Source: Eledone cirrhosa (taxonomy: Eukaryota). Taken from it: a stretch of DNA of 64,000 nucleotides. How positions within the stretch are numbered: the first letter of the stretch is position 1; every line of letters starts with the position of its first letter. The stretch is from assembly GCA_964016885.1 (NCBI GenBank), contig OZ024742.1:237460001-237524000 (forward strand). The letters run 5' to 3'. A program made the position numbers and the translations under genes. Shown in pieces: positions 1 to 12,329 of the stretch. The notes under the pieces were generated by a model that did no database searches, was not told the origin of the DNA, and was given only the letters and a program-made list of their open reading frames with translations.

Positions 1-2540
1 GTTCGGTTTTGTGCGCTTCAATGTGCACGTTTTGTGCGATTTTACGTGGGCGTTTTGAGCGCGGCTCTATGCGCTTTCTTGTGCACTTTTTGTGCATTTT
101 ATGTGCGCATTTATGTGCGCATTTATGTGCGTTTTATGTGCGCATTTTTGTGCAGTTTTATGTACGCGTGTTTCTGTGCTTCTGTGTACGAGTTTGTGAG
201 CGCTTTTGTGCGCTTCTATGTGCGCTTTCATGCACGTGTTATGTGCGCGTTTTTTGTGCGCATTATTGTGAGCTTTTTGTGCAATTCTATGTGTGCGTTT
301 GGGTGCGCGTTTTTGTGTGTACGTTTCTGTGTGCTTCTGTGTGCGCGTTTCTGTGTTCGTTTTTGTGTGTTTCTATGTGCGTATTTTGTGCGCTTTCATG
401 TGTATTTTTTGTGCGTTTTATGTGCTTTCATATGCATTTTTTCTGCGATTTGTGTGACATTATGTGCGCTTTCATGTGCAGTGTGTGCGTTTTATGAGCC
501 CGTTATTTGTGTGCTTCTGTGTGCGCGTTTCCGCGTTCGTTTTGTGCGCTTCTATGTGCGCATTCATGTGCACTCTTTTTTTGCGTTCTATATGCGCTTC
601 TATGTGCGCATTCATGCAATTTATGTGCGCGTTTTAGTGTGCATGTTTCTGTCTGCTTCTCTGTGTGCGTTTCTGTGTTCGGTTTTGTGCGCGTCTCTGT
701 GCGCTTTCGTGTGCAATTATTGTGCGTTTTATGTGCGCATTTTTGTGCGTTTTATGTGCACGTTTTTGTGTAGTTTTATGTGCACGTTTTTGTGCAGTTT
801 TATATGCGTGTGATTCTGTACTTCTGTGTACGCGTTTGTGCGCTTTATGTGCGCTTTCATGCGCGCATTATGTGTAATTATATGTGCCCGTTTTTGTGCG
901 CGTTCTTGTGCGCGTTTTTTATGCTATTTTATGTATTCGTGTTGGTGCGATTTTATGTGCACCTTTGTGTGCAATTTTTGTGCGTTTTATGTGCGCGTTT
1001 TTGGGCAGTTTTATGTGCGCGTGTTCCTGTACTTCTGTGTGCGCTTTTGTGCGCTTCTATGTGCGCTTTCATGCACGCGTTAAGTGCATTTGTATGTGCG
1101 CGTTTTTCTGCGCGTTCGTGTGCGCTTTTACGTGCGCGTTTTTTGTGCGATTTTATGTGCGCATTTTTGTGTGCACGTTTCTGTCTGTCTCTGTGTTCGG
1201 TTTTGTGCGCTTCTATGTGCGCGTTTTGTGCGGTTTTATGTGCATTTTTATCCGTTTTGTGTGCGCATTTGTGTTCGTTTTCTGCGCTTCTATGTGCACC
1301 TTATTTGTGCGTTTTGTACAATTTCATTGCGCCTTTTGTGCGCTTTTATGTGCGCGTTTTTGAGAGCACGTTTCTGTGTGCTTCTGTGCAGGCGTTTTCG
1401 TGTTTGTTTTGGTGCGCTTCTATGTGCGCGTTTTATGGGCGTTTTATGTGCTTTTTTGTGCGTTTTATGTGCGCGTTTTTGGGCAGTTTTATGTGCGCGT
1501 GTTTCTGTACGTCTGTGTGTGCTTTTGTGCGCTTCTATGTCCGCTTTCATGCGCTCGTTATGTGCAATTATATATGCGCGTTTTTGTGCGCGTTCTTGTG
1601 CGCTTTTACGTGCGATTTTATGTGTGCGTTTTGGTGCGATTTTATGTGCGCATTTTTGTGTGCACGTTTCTGTCTGCTTCTGTGTGTTCGTTTCTGTGTT
1701 CGGTTTTGTGCGCGTTTTGTGCGATTTTATGTGGGCGTTTTGAGCGCGTCTCTGTGCGCTTTTGTGTGCAATTCTTTTGCGTTTTATGTGCGCATTGTGG
1801 CCGTTTTATGTGCGCGTTTTTGTGCAGTTTTATGTGCGCGTTTTCTGTACTTCTGTGTACGCGTTTGTGTGCGCTTTTGTGCGCTCTATGTGCGCTTTCA
1901 TGCGCGCGTTATGTGCAATTATATGTGCGCGTTCTTGTGCGCTTTTACGTGAGCGCTTTTTGTGCGATTTTATGTGTGCGTTTTGGTGCAATTTTATGTG
2001 CGCATTTTTGTGTGCACGTTTTTGTCTGCTTCTGTGTGCGTTTCTGTGTTCGGCTTTGTGCGCTTCTATGTGCGTATTTTTTGCGCTTTCATGTGCATTT
2101 TTGTGCGTTTTATGTGCGCATTTTTGTGTTTTATATGCACATTTTGTGCAATTTTATGTGCGCGTGTTCCTGTGCTTCTGTGTACACCACGTTTGTGTGC
2201 GTTTTTGTGCGCTTCTATGTGCGCTTTCTTGTGCGCATTATGTGCAATTATGTGTGCATTTTTGTGCACTGCTTGTGCGTTTTATGTGCGTGCTTTTTGT
2301 ACGATTTTATGTGTGCGTTTTCGTACTATTTTATGTGCACGTTTCTGTGTGCTTCTGTGTGCGCGTTTCGGTGTTCGTTTTTGTGCGTTTTACGTGCGCA
2401 TTTTGTGCGATTTTATGTGGGCGTTTTGTGCGCTTTCATGTGCACTTTTTGTGTGTTTTATGTTCGCGTTTTTTGCGATTTAATGAGCGCGTTTTTGTTT
2501 GCACGTTTTTGTACGATTCTGTGTGCACCTTTCCGTGTTT
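1..2540. repeat. Degenerate GT/CpG-rich satellite (TTTTGTGCG, TTTTATGTGCGC, CTTCTGTGTG motifs), runs off the window start
   Basis: Continuous reiteration of these short motifs. The C/V/F/R-rich ORFs in all three + frames are artefacts of stop-codon poverty. Confidence 0.9.
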
Positions 2541-2550
2541 GAATCAAAGA

Positions 2551-2602
<52 letters not shown>

Positions 2603-2717
2603 TTTTGCTTAAACATACACACACACACATACTTCCATAGAACTAGAACTGTTTCATTCGGGAGAAATCACGATCATTTCTCCCGAATGAGTACCTTACT
2701 TACTGATTGTACCCTGG

Positions 2718-2780
<63 letters not shown>

Positions 2781-3043
2781 TATATATATATATAAGTTTA
2801 TCCAGGGTACAATTAGGGGTAACCACAGTAAGTAAGGTACTCATTCGGAAGAGATGATCGTGACTTCTCCCGAATGAAACAGTTCTAGTCCTATGGAAGC
2901 CATTTATATATATATATATATATATTCATTTTGCTTAAACATACACACACACACATACTTCCATAGAACTAGAACTGTTTCATTCGGGAGAAATCACGAT
3001 CATTTCTCCCGAATGAGTACCTTACTTACTGATTGTACCCTGG

Positions 3044-3118
<75 letters not shown>

Positions 3119-3239
3119 TATATATATATATAAGTTTATCCAGGGTACAATTAGGGGTAACCACAGTAAGTAAGGTACTCATTCGGAAGAAATGATCGTG
3201 ACTTCTCCCGAATGAAACAGTTCTAGTCCTATGGAAGCC

Positions 3240-3314
<75 letters not shown>

Positions 3315-3461
3315 TACATATATATATATATATGTGTGTGAGTGTGTATGTTTAAGCAAAATGAATATATATATATATATATATATATTTATTTTTGATT
3401 CAAACACAGAAAGGTGACCACAGAAGCGCACAAATACGTGCACACAAAAACGCGCACATAA
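2481..3461. repeat. Nested fold-back structure with an internal tandem duplication (326-bp offset), built from decayed Penelope-type terminal sequence and (TA)n
   Basis: 2632-2721 is inverted at 2798-2899. The block starting at 2599 repeats at 2925. 2598-2630 is inverted at 3332-3365 and the satellite end 2481-2556 is inverted at 3384-3461. Confidence 0.85.
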
Positions 3462-3628
3462 AAAAAAAAAATATATATATATATATATACATACACACAC
3501 ATATGTGTATATATATATATACATATATATTTACATATATATATACATATATATATACATATATGTATATATATATGTATATATATATATATAATATAAG
3601 ATCAAAAGATGGTTAAAAGAGTTCCATG

Positions 3629-3699
3629 TATTTTATTATGTGTATTTCAAAAACAAATATCATCATGCGATGACATTTGCATTTTTGTCAGATAAAATA
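3629..3699 (-). ncRNA. Decayed hammerhead (mirror arm)
   Basis: Reverse complement has core CTGACAA (G8 lost) and helix III TACACA. Confidence 0.65.
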
Positions 3700-3805
3700 G
3701 GGAGACATGATATGAAGGTTAAAAAACACTTGTGATTAGTGGAGTTTTAAATTAACATAACTGCACTAATCACAAGTGTTTTTTAACCTTCATATCATGT
3801 CTCTC

Positions 3806-3876
3806 TATTTTATCTGATGAAAACGCAAATGTCATCGCATGATGATATTTGTTTTTGAAATGCGCATAATAAAATA
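3806..3876 (+). ncRNA. Type I hammerhead ribozyme, intact core
   Basis: TATTTTAT-CTGATGA-[~16-bp helix II, GCAT loop]-GAAA-TGCGCA-TA-ATAAAATA. Helix I is 8 bp and helix III is palindromic. Predicted cut after 3868. Confidence 0.85.
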
Positions 3877-4001
3877 CATGGAACTCTTTTAACCATCTTT
3901 TGATCTTATATTATTTATACTCCAGTCCTACAAACTGTAGAGTGCTACTTATCCGATATCTGCATTGCTTTATTGTACTACAATAAAACTCACCTCCTAC
4001 A

Positions 4002-4588
<587 letters not shown>

Positions 4589-4733
4589 AGGGTTGACGGA
4601 CCCACCATATTTATCAATGCCAGTACCGGTTGTATCTCAGCGCACTCAATGGGCAATGTAAGATACATTACCAGAGTATACACAAAGTTATTTGCCTCAA
4701 CACAACACACGTAGAACGGGTGCCTATAAGGTT

Positions 4734-4843
4734 CCCGGACTCGAGTTTCTGTCGCACTAATGCAGCAGTAATGTGCACTGCACCATCTGTCTGCATATAT
4801 TATGCAACAATGCACAATCGGCTTATGCGGCTTCATCAGTGGG
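4734..4843 (-). ncRNA. Type I hammerhead with a large helix II insertion, within a ~510-bp element (4585-5095) between microsatellites
   Basis: Minus strand: CCCA-CTGATGA-A-GCCGCATAA...TTAGTGCGAC-A-GAAA-CTCGAG-TC-CGGG. Palindromic helix III, GUC site, A/C mismatch at the base of helix I. Confidence 0.65.
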
Positions 4844-5095
4844 TATCGCCTAATCAATAACCAATCGATCGACAGAATCCAAATACCAGCCCATGCCGGC
4901 CATGACAGTTTGTGACAACCGACACGGTAAAGCTATTAGCAACTAGCACCCGATAGGACTCTATCTCTCAACTAGCCACTGATTCACAAATTTTAAGTGG
5001 GACCGGGAAGCTAAAAAGAATCAATCTTTTAGTTCCTGTCAGAAGGGCTCAGCCAACGTGTCTCCACACAAATTATCAAGGGGGGAAAATATGGC

Positions 5096-5213
<118 letters not shown>

Positions 5214-5302
5214 CATACATATATATATACGTGTGTATCAGAATGAGCACTCGGTGCGTAGTTTCCAGTAAGTATAGAGGTGTAGAACAAAGCAGAGTGT
5301 AA

Positions 5303-5906
5303 TCTATATATCTGAAACAGAATGTCTGTCTGTCTGTCTGTCTGACTCCCTAAAACTCGAGAACCACCCAACCGATTATTTTCTTTACACATGTAATATT
5401 TATGGTCCTGTGAGTGTTTTAAGCAAAAAATATTTCAAATTTTCCATGCCCTAGGGACCGCATTAGGCGATTTAGCGATCTCTCTCTATAATTCTTAGTC
5501 TTTCTTTTTAGATAGATACATAGATATAACGTTGCGCCCTTTTAATATCTGTCTGTATGTCTGGCTGTCTGTGTGTGTATATGTATATATATATAGTGTA
5601 TATATATATATATATATATAGTGTGTAACGTTTTTCGAAATATTTACTTCTGCGTTCACAGATTGATTTTGTTTAGTTTCAGAAGATCCCGTTAAGGGTG
5701 AAAGCAGCGATTCTTTGCTTAAACTTTAATCTGTTATTTTAATACAGATAAATATAACTATATATTCGTGTACAGATATTTTTGCATACACAATAACAAA
5801 ATATAAACAAACGTATTTATTTCACGAGGCTCGATAAGGATAAATATATATCAAATATATAAGAACCCTAGAGCAAATCCCGAGCAACGCCGGGCCATTC
5901 TGCTAG
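5303..5906 (+). mobile_element. Non-autonomous Helitron
   Basis: 5' TC after A, internal (GTCT)n, 3' CCCGAGCAACGCCGGG hairpin then CTAG before T. Shares TCCCTAAAACTCGAGAA with the 22915 copy. Confidence 0.85.
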
Positions 5907-7562
5907 TATTAAATAAAGTATAGTTTTAACGCACCATTTATACAGCGAAATATAGTCATTGACTATAATTTCGTAACTACCAATGATAGTTGGGTTGATT
6001 GAAAAACAAACAAAAAACAAAACAATGAACGTTCGATACCCATTATTAGGAATCGAACGGTATGTTTGTGCTGACGAGATAAATATGCTCAGTTGTTGTT
6101 CTTTTCTTATACATTTCTGTCTTAATTTTGAATATCTTCTATTTTCTGGACTTGTAACTCCTGATAGAGTCGTAAGGACGCCGTGTCTTGGCACTTTAAA
6201 CCTGGCTGAGCTCATTTCCTCTCCAAGTCTTAACACAGCCAATTCCTTTTACAGAAAAAGAGACAGAGACAGAGAGGAAGTGAGAAAGAGATATAGAAGA
6301 ACTAGATAAACCAATCGATCACAGTGCTGAACTGGTACTTTATATCGACCTCGAAAAGATGAACGTAGAACATGTCAATGGGCTGAGATTCTCAGTTGTC
6401 AATCAACCTACTAGAAACCTATTAAATCACATCCAACTATATTTAGAAAAAAAGATATATGATTAAGAAACAAAAGATGATATGCATATGGTTGCAATAC
6501 CCTTGATAATTAATACCTGAGGTAAAATAAGTTAATAATAATATGGAATCTCTCTATAACTTTACTGAGATACGACACTGACATTAATGGTCAACATAGA
6601 CAAAAGAGTTGGCTAGTGGGAAAAATCAAAAAGCAACGCCTCAAACATCGGTTTTTCACTTCCCATCCTTGACAATAATGAAAGTCTTTGACGCTGCTAG
6701 TCAGACAACGATTAGTAATTCTAAAATCCACTGCATTGAAATCAGCGATTAAATAGATTTTAAACACTAAGAAGACAAACCAACAATCATATTCTAGGCC
6801 ATTCTCTAAACTACGATGCATAGAAATCTAATGCAAAGGTAGTGTTCCTGCCTGCTAATGAACGTGTAATAATAGACTGGGAAATACTTGCAAGTCTTTC
6901 ATTATCTGCCCTCAAAACTTATTAAATATTCATCTATTTGGATATTCCTAATATAGACGAGGTGTCATGTTTGCTGTAGTTCTCACATTACATACAGTTC
7001 TTTGAGATACCATATGCCAACCGCGACTGCGTTAGAGTTATTACAGATGAAATTATATCTAAGAATAAAGAACTAAAACCAAACTAGATAAACCAATGAC
7101 TATGACTATGACAGGGTAAAGAAGTTTGTTGGTTGGTCTTGTTATTGTTTAAATGTAATCGCTGGTAGGTAGATAATTAAACCAATATCGTTGTCTGACC
7201 AACGCCATCAAAACCTTTCACTCTTCTGGTGGTGGTAGGGCTGAATTATTGATGTTCACAATAGTAACCTTTTAAGTTCATTTTCTGGCAGTTTTTTTTA
7301 TCAGATTTAGATAGGAAATACATAATTAAATTTCATAAGTTTTAAGAACTTTTTAATTATCAAAATTTAACCTATATAATTTTTAAGTTTGTGGAGTACT
7401 GCACTTTCAATACTAAGAAGCAACTTTTAAGTGAACTTTTTTCTATATACTAGGAAGCACATAATTAAATGTTACAGGTTGTATAATTTTTTTATTACCA
7501 GTATTGAGTGAATATTGACTGAAAGAAAGATCCATAAAGATATTTAAACATTTATAAATAAT

Positions 7563-7771
7563 GGTTTCTTATATAGGCACAAGGCCAGCAATTTGGGGGG
7601 AGGGCAAAATCGATTAAATCGACCCCAGTGCGTGACTGTTACTTTATTTTATCGACCCCGTAAGGATGAAAAGCAAAGTTAACCTCGGTGAGATTTGAAC
7701 TCAGGCCATCAAGGGTCGTAACTCTATGCTGCAAAGCATGGCGTCCGACCCTCTACCGATACTGCCAATCC
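7563..7771 (-). mobile_element. SINE family A (tRNA-derived)
   Basis: Reverse complement of the 22434-22620 copy, with a GTTCAAATC B-box. Further partial copies near 6310, 9000, 14500, 20480, 24270, 25110 and 34480. Confidence 0.8.
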
Positions 7772-8209
7772 TGATTTATTTAGACTACGTTGTTATAGCC
7801 TCTGTTCATCTTTCTTATTTCAAATCCATATAAAAATTTTACAAATTCAATATATAAAATTAATCGGATAATGCATCTATATATTGGTAGACGCGAACTA
7901 CAGAAACCTGTCAGGTGGCTTGTACCTGTAATTCATAGGTCTACCATTTCCAGATTTTGTGTTACGCTGATACTACTTGTGAATTACAACAAGGCCACAC
8001 GTGCCTGTGGAATACATAGCCACGCATTCATTAATTTAATGAGTTGAACAGTATATTTAACAAATGAGTGTTCGTTGTCACAAACGACAGAATATCTATC
8101 ACTAGTTTATAATTAGTCTATGAATGTTCAGTGCGTTAAATAGAGTAACACTACTGTGTCTATATATTATAATAGACGGTATATCAAAATATAGTAGACT
8201 GTATATAAT

Positions 8210-8391
8210 CGAGGGTGGGTTGAAACGTTCATAGGCTGACTATGAAAGAGAGATGCTAGAGCTGTGAAATCTTGCATGCATTAATTCCAACTGTATTATT
8301 TCTTTCCATGGACTATGTTGAAAAATAAACCCCATTTGGTCATTCCATGAGAGTATCTTGGTCAGCCTGTAAACAATTCAGTCGACCCTCG
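8210..8391. mobile_element. Mariner-type MITE
   Basis: Imperfect ~30-bp TIRs: CGAGGGTGGGTTGAAACGTTCATAGGCTGAC and GTCAGCCTGTAAACAATTCAGTCGACCCTCG. Confidence 0.7.
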
Positions 8392-9685
8392 TCTGCCATA
8401 TGTACTAAACTGTATATCAATATGTATAACAGACATTATATTAATATATACAATAGAACAAAGAGGACAGGTATCCCTTCCTTTCTTTCTTTTGGTTTTG
8501 AATTATGTGGAAGATGTAAACCATAACAGTCACCCATGGTTGTTGCCCACTGCCTCTATCTTTCTACTGGTTTTGGTTTTGTTGCAGGATTCTTAATGCT
8601 CTATAGCAAGTTCTGGATTTGTTACGAGGCCGAGTCGCTAACTCAACTCCCAGTTCTGAAGAACATAAGTCTAATAACGTTGAGGTCAGGCCTGAGCATG
8701 GCTGGAAAGTCAGTAACATTATGTGAATACTGCTACCAAACCGCTTGAAACAGCTTCTGGTTCTACCATATAAAATTGTTTGTTTTAAAGTGTCTATATT
8801 TAAATTACAATCTCCCATCATAATTTTATATAAGAAACTTTAATTATGTTTCAAACACCAGCTTTAATAATGAAAAAAATTAGTTATGTTTCTAAACCCC
8901 TTGAAAACATTTCAAACTCAGATGTCATATATTTCATCAGGAATATTGGTAACGAAATTGTTAAATTGTTTATATTTATCTAAAGATCTCATATCATAAT
9001 TGTTTCTACTTTAGGCACAAGGCCAGCAATTATCCAGTACATTACTGGTACTTTATTTTATCGACCCCGTAAGGATGAAAGGCAAAATTAAAGAGAAAAT
9101 TAATTACATTACTAAATCCCTCTCTCAACTTCTTGATTATTTTCAAACCTTTTAAAAAATTACAGGCGCTCTTTCATTAAAGATATTGGTAACGAAAGGG
9201 TAAAATTGTCTCATATAATGTTATATAAAAAAAACCTTTAACATCAAGAAAGTTAATTACATTACTAAATCTCCACAAACTCCTGGTTATTTTCAAAATC
9301 ATTTAAAAATCATGGACAATGTTTTCCATTGGAAATATGATAACAAAAGTGTTAAACATAAATCCTGTTTTCTCGACAGTCTTTTACTTTTATTACTTCT
9401 ATCAATGTTTTATATTGGCAATTCAATTTTTAATTATGACGTTTCTGTGAAGCATCAGCAAATTTATACAGACAGATCTAGATTTCGTTGTGTCTGCTTA
9501 TAATAGTCGATGATCAAGCCTGGAGGGCCAGCCACTTGTTTATAACCGTTGGTTGGTTAACAGCATCAGGCTTGTAATTCGTTGAGACACGCAGTAAGGC
9601 AACAGAGAATAAAGAATATAACAGCAACAAATGTCAAACTCTTAACTCTTTATTACAGAGTATTTTTACATTTATAATATGCGTG

Positions 9686-9717
<32 letters not shown>

Positions 9718-9804
9718 TTGCAAGGTTTTTTTATATGAAATCGTGTGTTGAAACAAATATTGTTATATTTGAGGAGGGTCATGTTGTTATAATATTGCTA
9801 GAAA

Positions 9805-9996
9805 TAATTATTTTTACTTTTGGCATAAGGCCAACAATTATCCCAGTACATTACTGGTACTTTATTTTATCGACCGCGTAAGGATGAAAGGCAAAGTTAA
9901 CCTCGGCGGGATTGGAACTCAGACCATAAAAGGCCGTAACTCTTTGCTGCAAAGCATGGCGTCCAACCCTCTACCGATACTGCCAATCCACCGCCC
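9805..9996 (-). mobile_element. SINE family A inserted into the Penelope 3' region
   Basis: Full-length copy. Its flanks rejoin to match the uninterrupted homolog at 27340-27485. Confidence 0.8.
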
Positions 9997-10150
9997 TGGT
10001 AAATAATAATAAAACACGCTCACTGTTTGGTTTGGATTGGTTTTCGCTGCTGCATATTTTATATCTCTATAGTTAATTTATCTGGCAATCAATGTTTATC
10101 ATTGATTGACCATCAGTCAAAAATATAGATATAAATATACATATATATTC

Positions 10151-10194
10151 TATCAAAGTTCTTTCATCACACACCTGTAGCATCATCAGTGGTA
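10151..10194 (-). ncRNA. Decayed minimal hammerhead in the Penelope 3' UTR
   Basis: TACCA-CTGATGA-T-GCTACAGGTGTGTGAT-GAAA-GAAC-TT-TGATA. Homologous to the 62784 ribozyme, with weakened helices. Confidence 0.55.
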
Positions 10195-11060
10195 CTATTA
10201 TGTTTCCTCCCATTGTATTGTAATGTCTATTCCATTATTATTTATATTTATTTATTTATTTATTTATTTATTCTTGTCTCTGTTTGCGAATGCGTTTGTG
10301 TGTGTGTTTTCTGTTTGGTTTGTATTCGTGTCTGAGTCTGTGTGTGTTTGTATTCTATCTTTGTTCACTAGTGTTTGTTTATGTGTAATTGTTGTTATTG
10401 TACCTGTGTATATTTATTTATATTTATCTTAGGTCAGTATTGTGTGTTTGTGTATGGTTGTTGTTGTTATTCCATTCATTTTTTCTGTTCAACTTCGGTT
10501 TTCTTACTCCTATTTCAGTTGCTTCTCTTATTTGTCTACTTCTTGAGTCATTTCTATGTTTAAATATTATTTTAATTTCTATGTTGTCTATATTACCATC
10601 ATGTCTTTGTCTGGCGTGTTCATATAGTACCGAACAAATCTTTTTGTCCTTTTAGTTCACCCCGATGTTGGTCTATTCTCTCCCCTACGCTCCGAACTGT
10701 CTCTCCTATGTATGTCGTCATGTTTCTGAAAGTATCCTCTGTACAGCTTATGCTATAGACTACATTTCTAGTTTTATAATTTATTTGTGGATTTATTCTA
10801 CATATAACACATTTCTTATTAGTACAGTGGGTTTTCTTAAAGGAGTATCTTTTGCTGATCAGGGATTTTATGGTAGTTCCTGGCTTTTATACCAATTTAA
10901 TCTTTAAATGCGTCTTTCTTAGGGCCTTTCTAAATTGGTTAGCTAATTTCCCTACAAGGATTGCATCCACGAACACGACCCTCTGGTATCTCTGGTTGTC
11001 GTACCATGAAATGGCTTTCCCTTGTTGATATATTGTGTGACATACAGTTTTGCTTTGACA

Positions 11061-11810
11061 GAGCTTTACATGGAACACCTGAGAAATGAAGTCATGTCGA
11101 TCTTGAAATGTTTTATTTGATATTTCTGTCCACTTTGAATTGCATGTAAATGTAATGAGATCTGGTCGACCAAATTTTCTGACATAGGCCATTGCGTCTT
11201 GCGTACGTCCATGCATGTAACGTGGCCATCCCGTGAAGCTTGATAGCAGTATGATTGGCTGGCCAATATTTCTCGAGTCCCCATCAGAATTGATGGCATC
11301 TTTAAGGTGAATGTAGTTCTCTGCCCTCAACTTAGTTTGATTAATTCGCAGGAAGCCCAAGCTTTCTGTTTCAATGTTGGCATACATGTCCACCACCAAC
11401 CGGCTGGTTACTTCTGTGAATCTCAGAACTTGGTTGAAATTATCCCGTAACATGAAATGATAAGCATAGAATTTTTACAGCTGATTTATCGGCCGGTTTC
11501 TTGATCTACCATAGTTGAAAATGATATCCATCTTTACCATTCCAAAAGATGAGCAGATATTGGAGTGAGCCATAGACCCTATGAGTTTCATATATTTGCC
11601 ACTTCATTTTTGCAAAACAAAGTCACGTCGTTCGAGCTGTTTATCAACTATTCATTGCAACTTGATCAGTGACAGGTGTATTGAACCTGCATTCATGTTC
11701 TGAAGCTAAACGTTTGTTTACGCTGATGATGATTTTAAGATCCCTGGTGTTGTTCATGTGCTCCAGTGCACATTTAAACATACTGGCGTACATGTGATGT
11801 TGGTGGAGTA
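11061..11810 (-). pseudogene. Helitron Rep (RepHel) fragment
   Basis: VVDMYANIETESLGFLRINQTKLRAENY...SSFTGWPRYM...QDAMAYVRKFGRPDLITFTCN matches Helitron Rep motifs. Upstream LQYLLIFWNGKDGYH and HECRFNTP are in disrupted frames. Confidence 0.85.
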
Positions 11811-12329
11811 TTTCTTGTAACTTCATGACTATGCAGCAGAGAAATTGAAGAAACAGCAACACTAGCACCATCAAATCCAACGCAGGGGAAAAAAAAAACC
11901 AACACCGCCAACATCAACGGCACCAACGCCCATTGAGGACATGTCACTCCCCGACAGTACACAAAATAAAGAAAAAAAAAAAGAAAAGAAATTCTTCGTC
12001 TTTGCCCTAAAAAAAAAGAAGGCGAAAGAGCAAAAAAGTCCTAAAAGCCGAAAGGAAAAAAACATAAAAGACCCATATACCCATCACCAACAGCACCACA
12101 AACAGCCACCCAACCAACCCCACTAACATTAACACCACAACAATCCCCACACACACATCAACAATTCAAAGAAAACCCAAGCCCCATAAAAAAAGATACA
12201 AACATCACGCAGTTGACTCAAATAACACAAAACTTTTAAATTACTTACAACACAACACCACAATCACACAAAACCATTTACAAAACCAGAAAAAAATAAT
12301 CTAATCTAATCTGGCCGAGTTTACACTCG

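Larger units (their letters stand above)
9712..11060 (-). mobile_element. Penelope-like element 3' part: decayed GIY-YIG endonuclease, 3' UTR and hammerhead, ending at (TA)n
   Basis: Minus translation ~10780-10460: TRNVVYSISC...TYIGETVRSVGERIDQH...IREATEIGVRKPKLNRKNEWN, with one frameshift. Terminal region homologous to 27340-27485, 42006 and 62025. Confidence 0.85.

Noticed and set aside
9-2553. C/V/F/R-rich ORFs of up to 390 aa
   Set aside because: Open in all three frames because the satellite lacks stop codons; no protein signal.
2599-3240. CRISPR-like repeat/spacer appearance
   Set aside because: Eukaryotic context, the spacers are (TA)n, the repeats are inverted and no cas genes are present.
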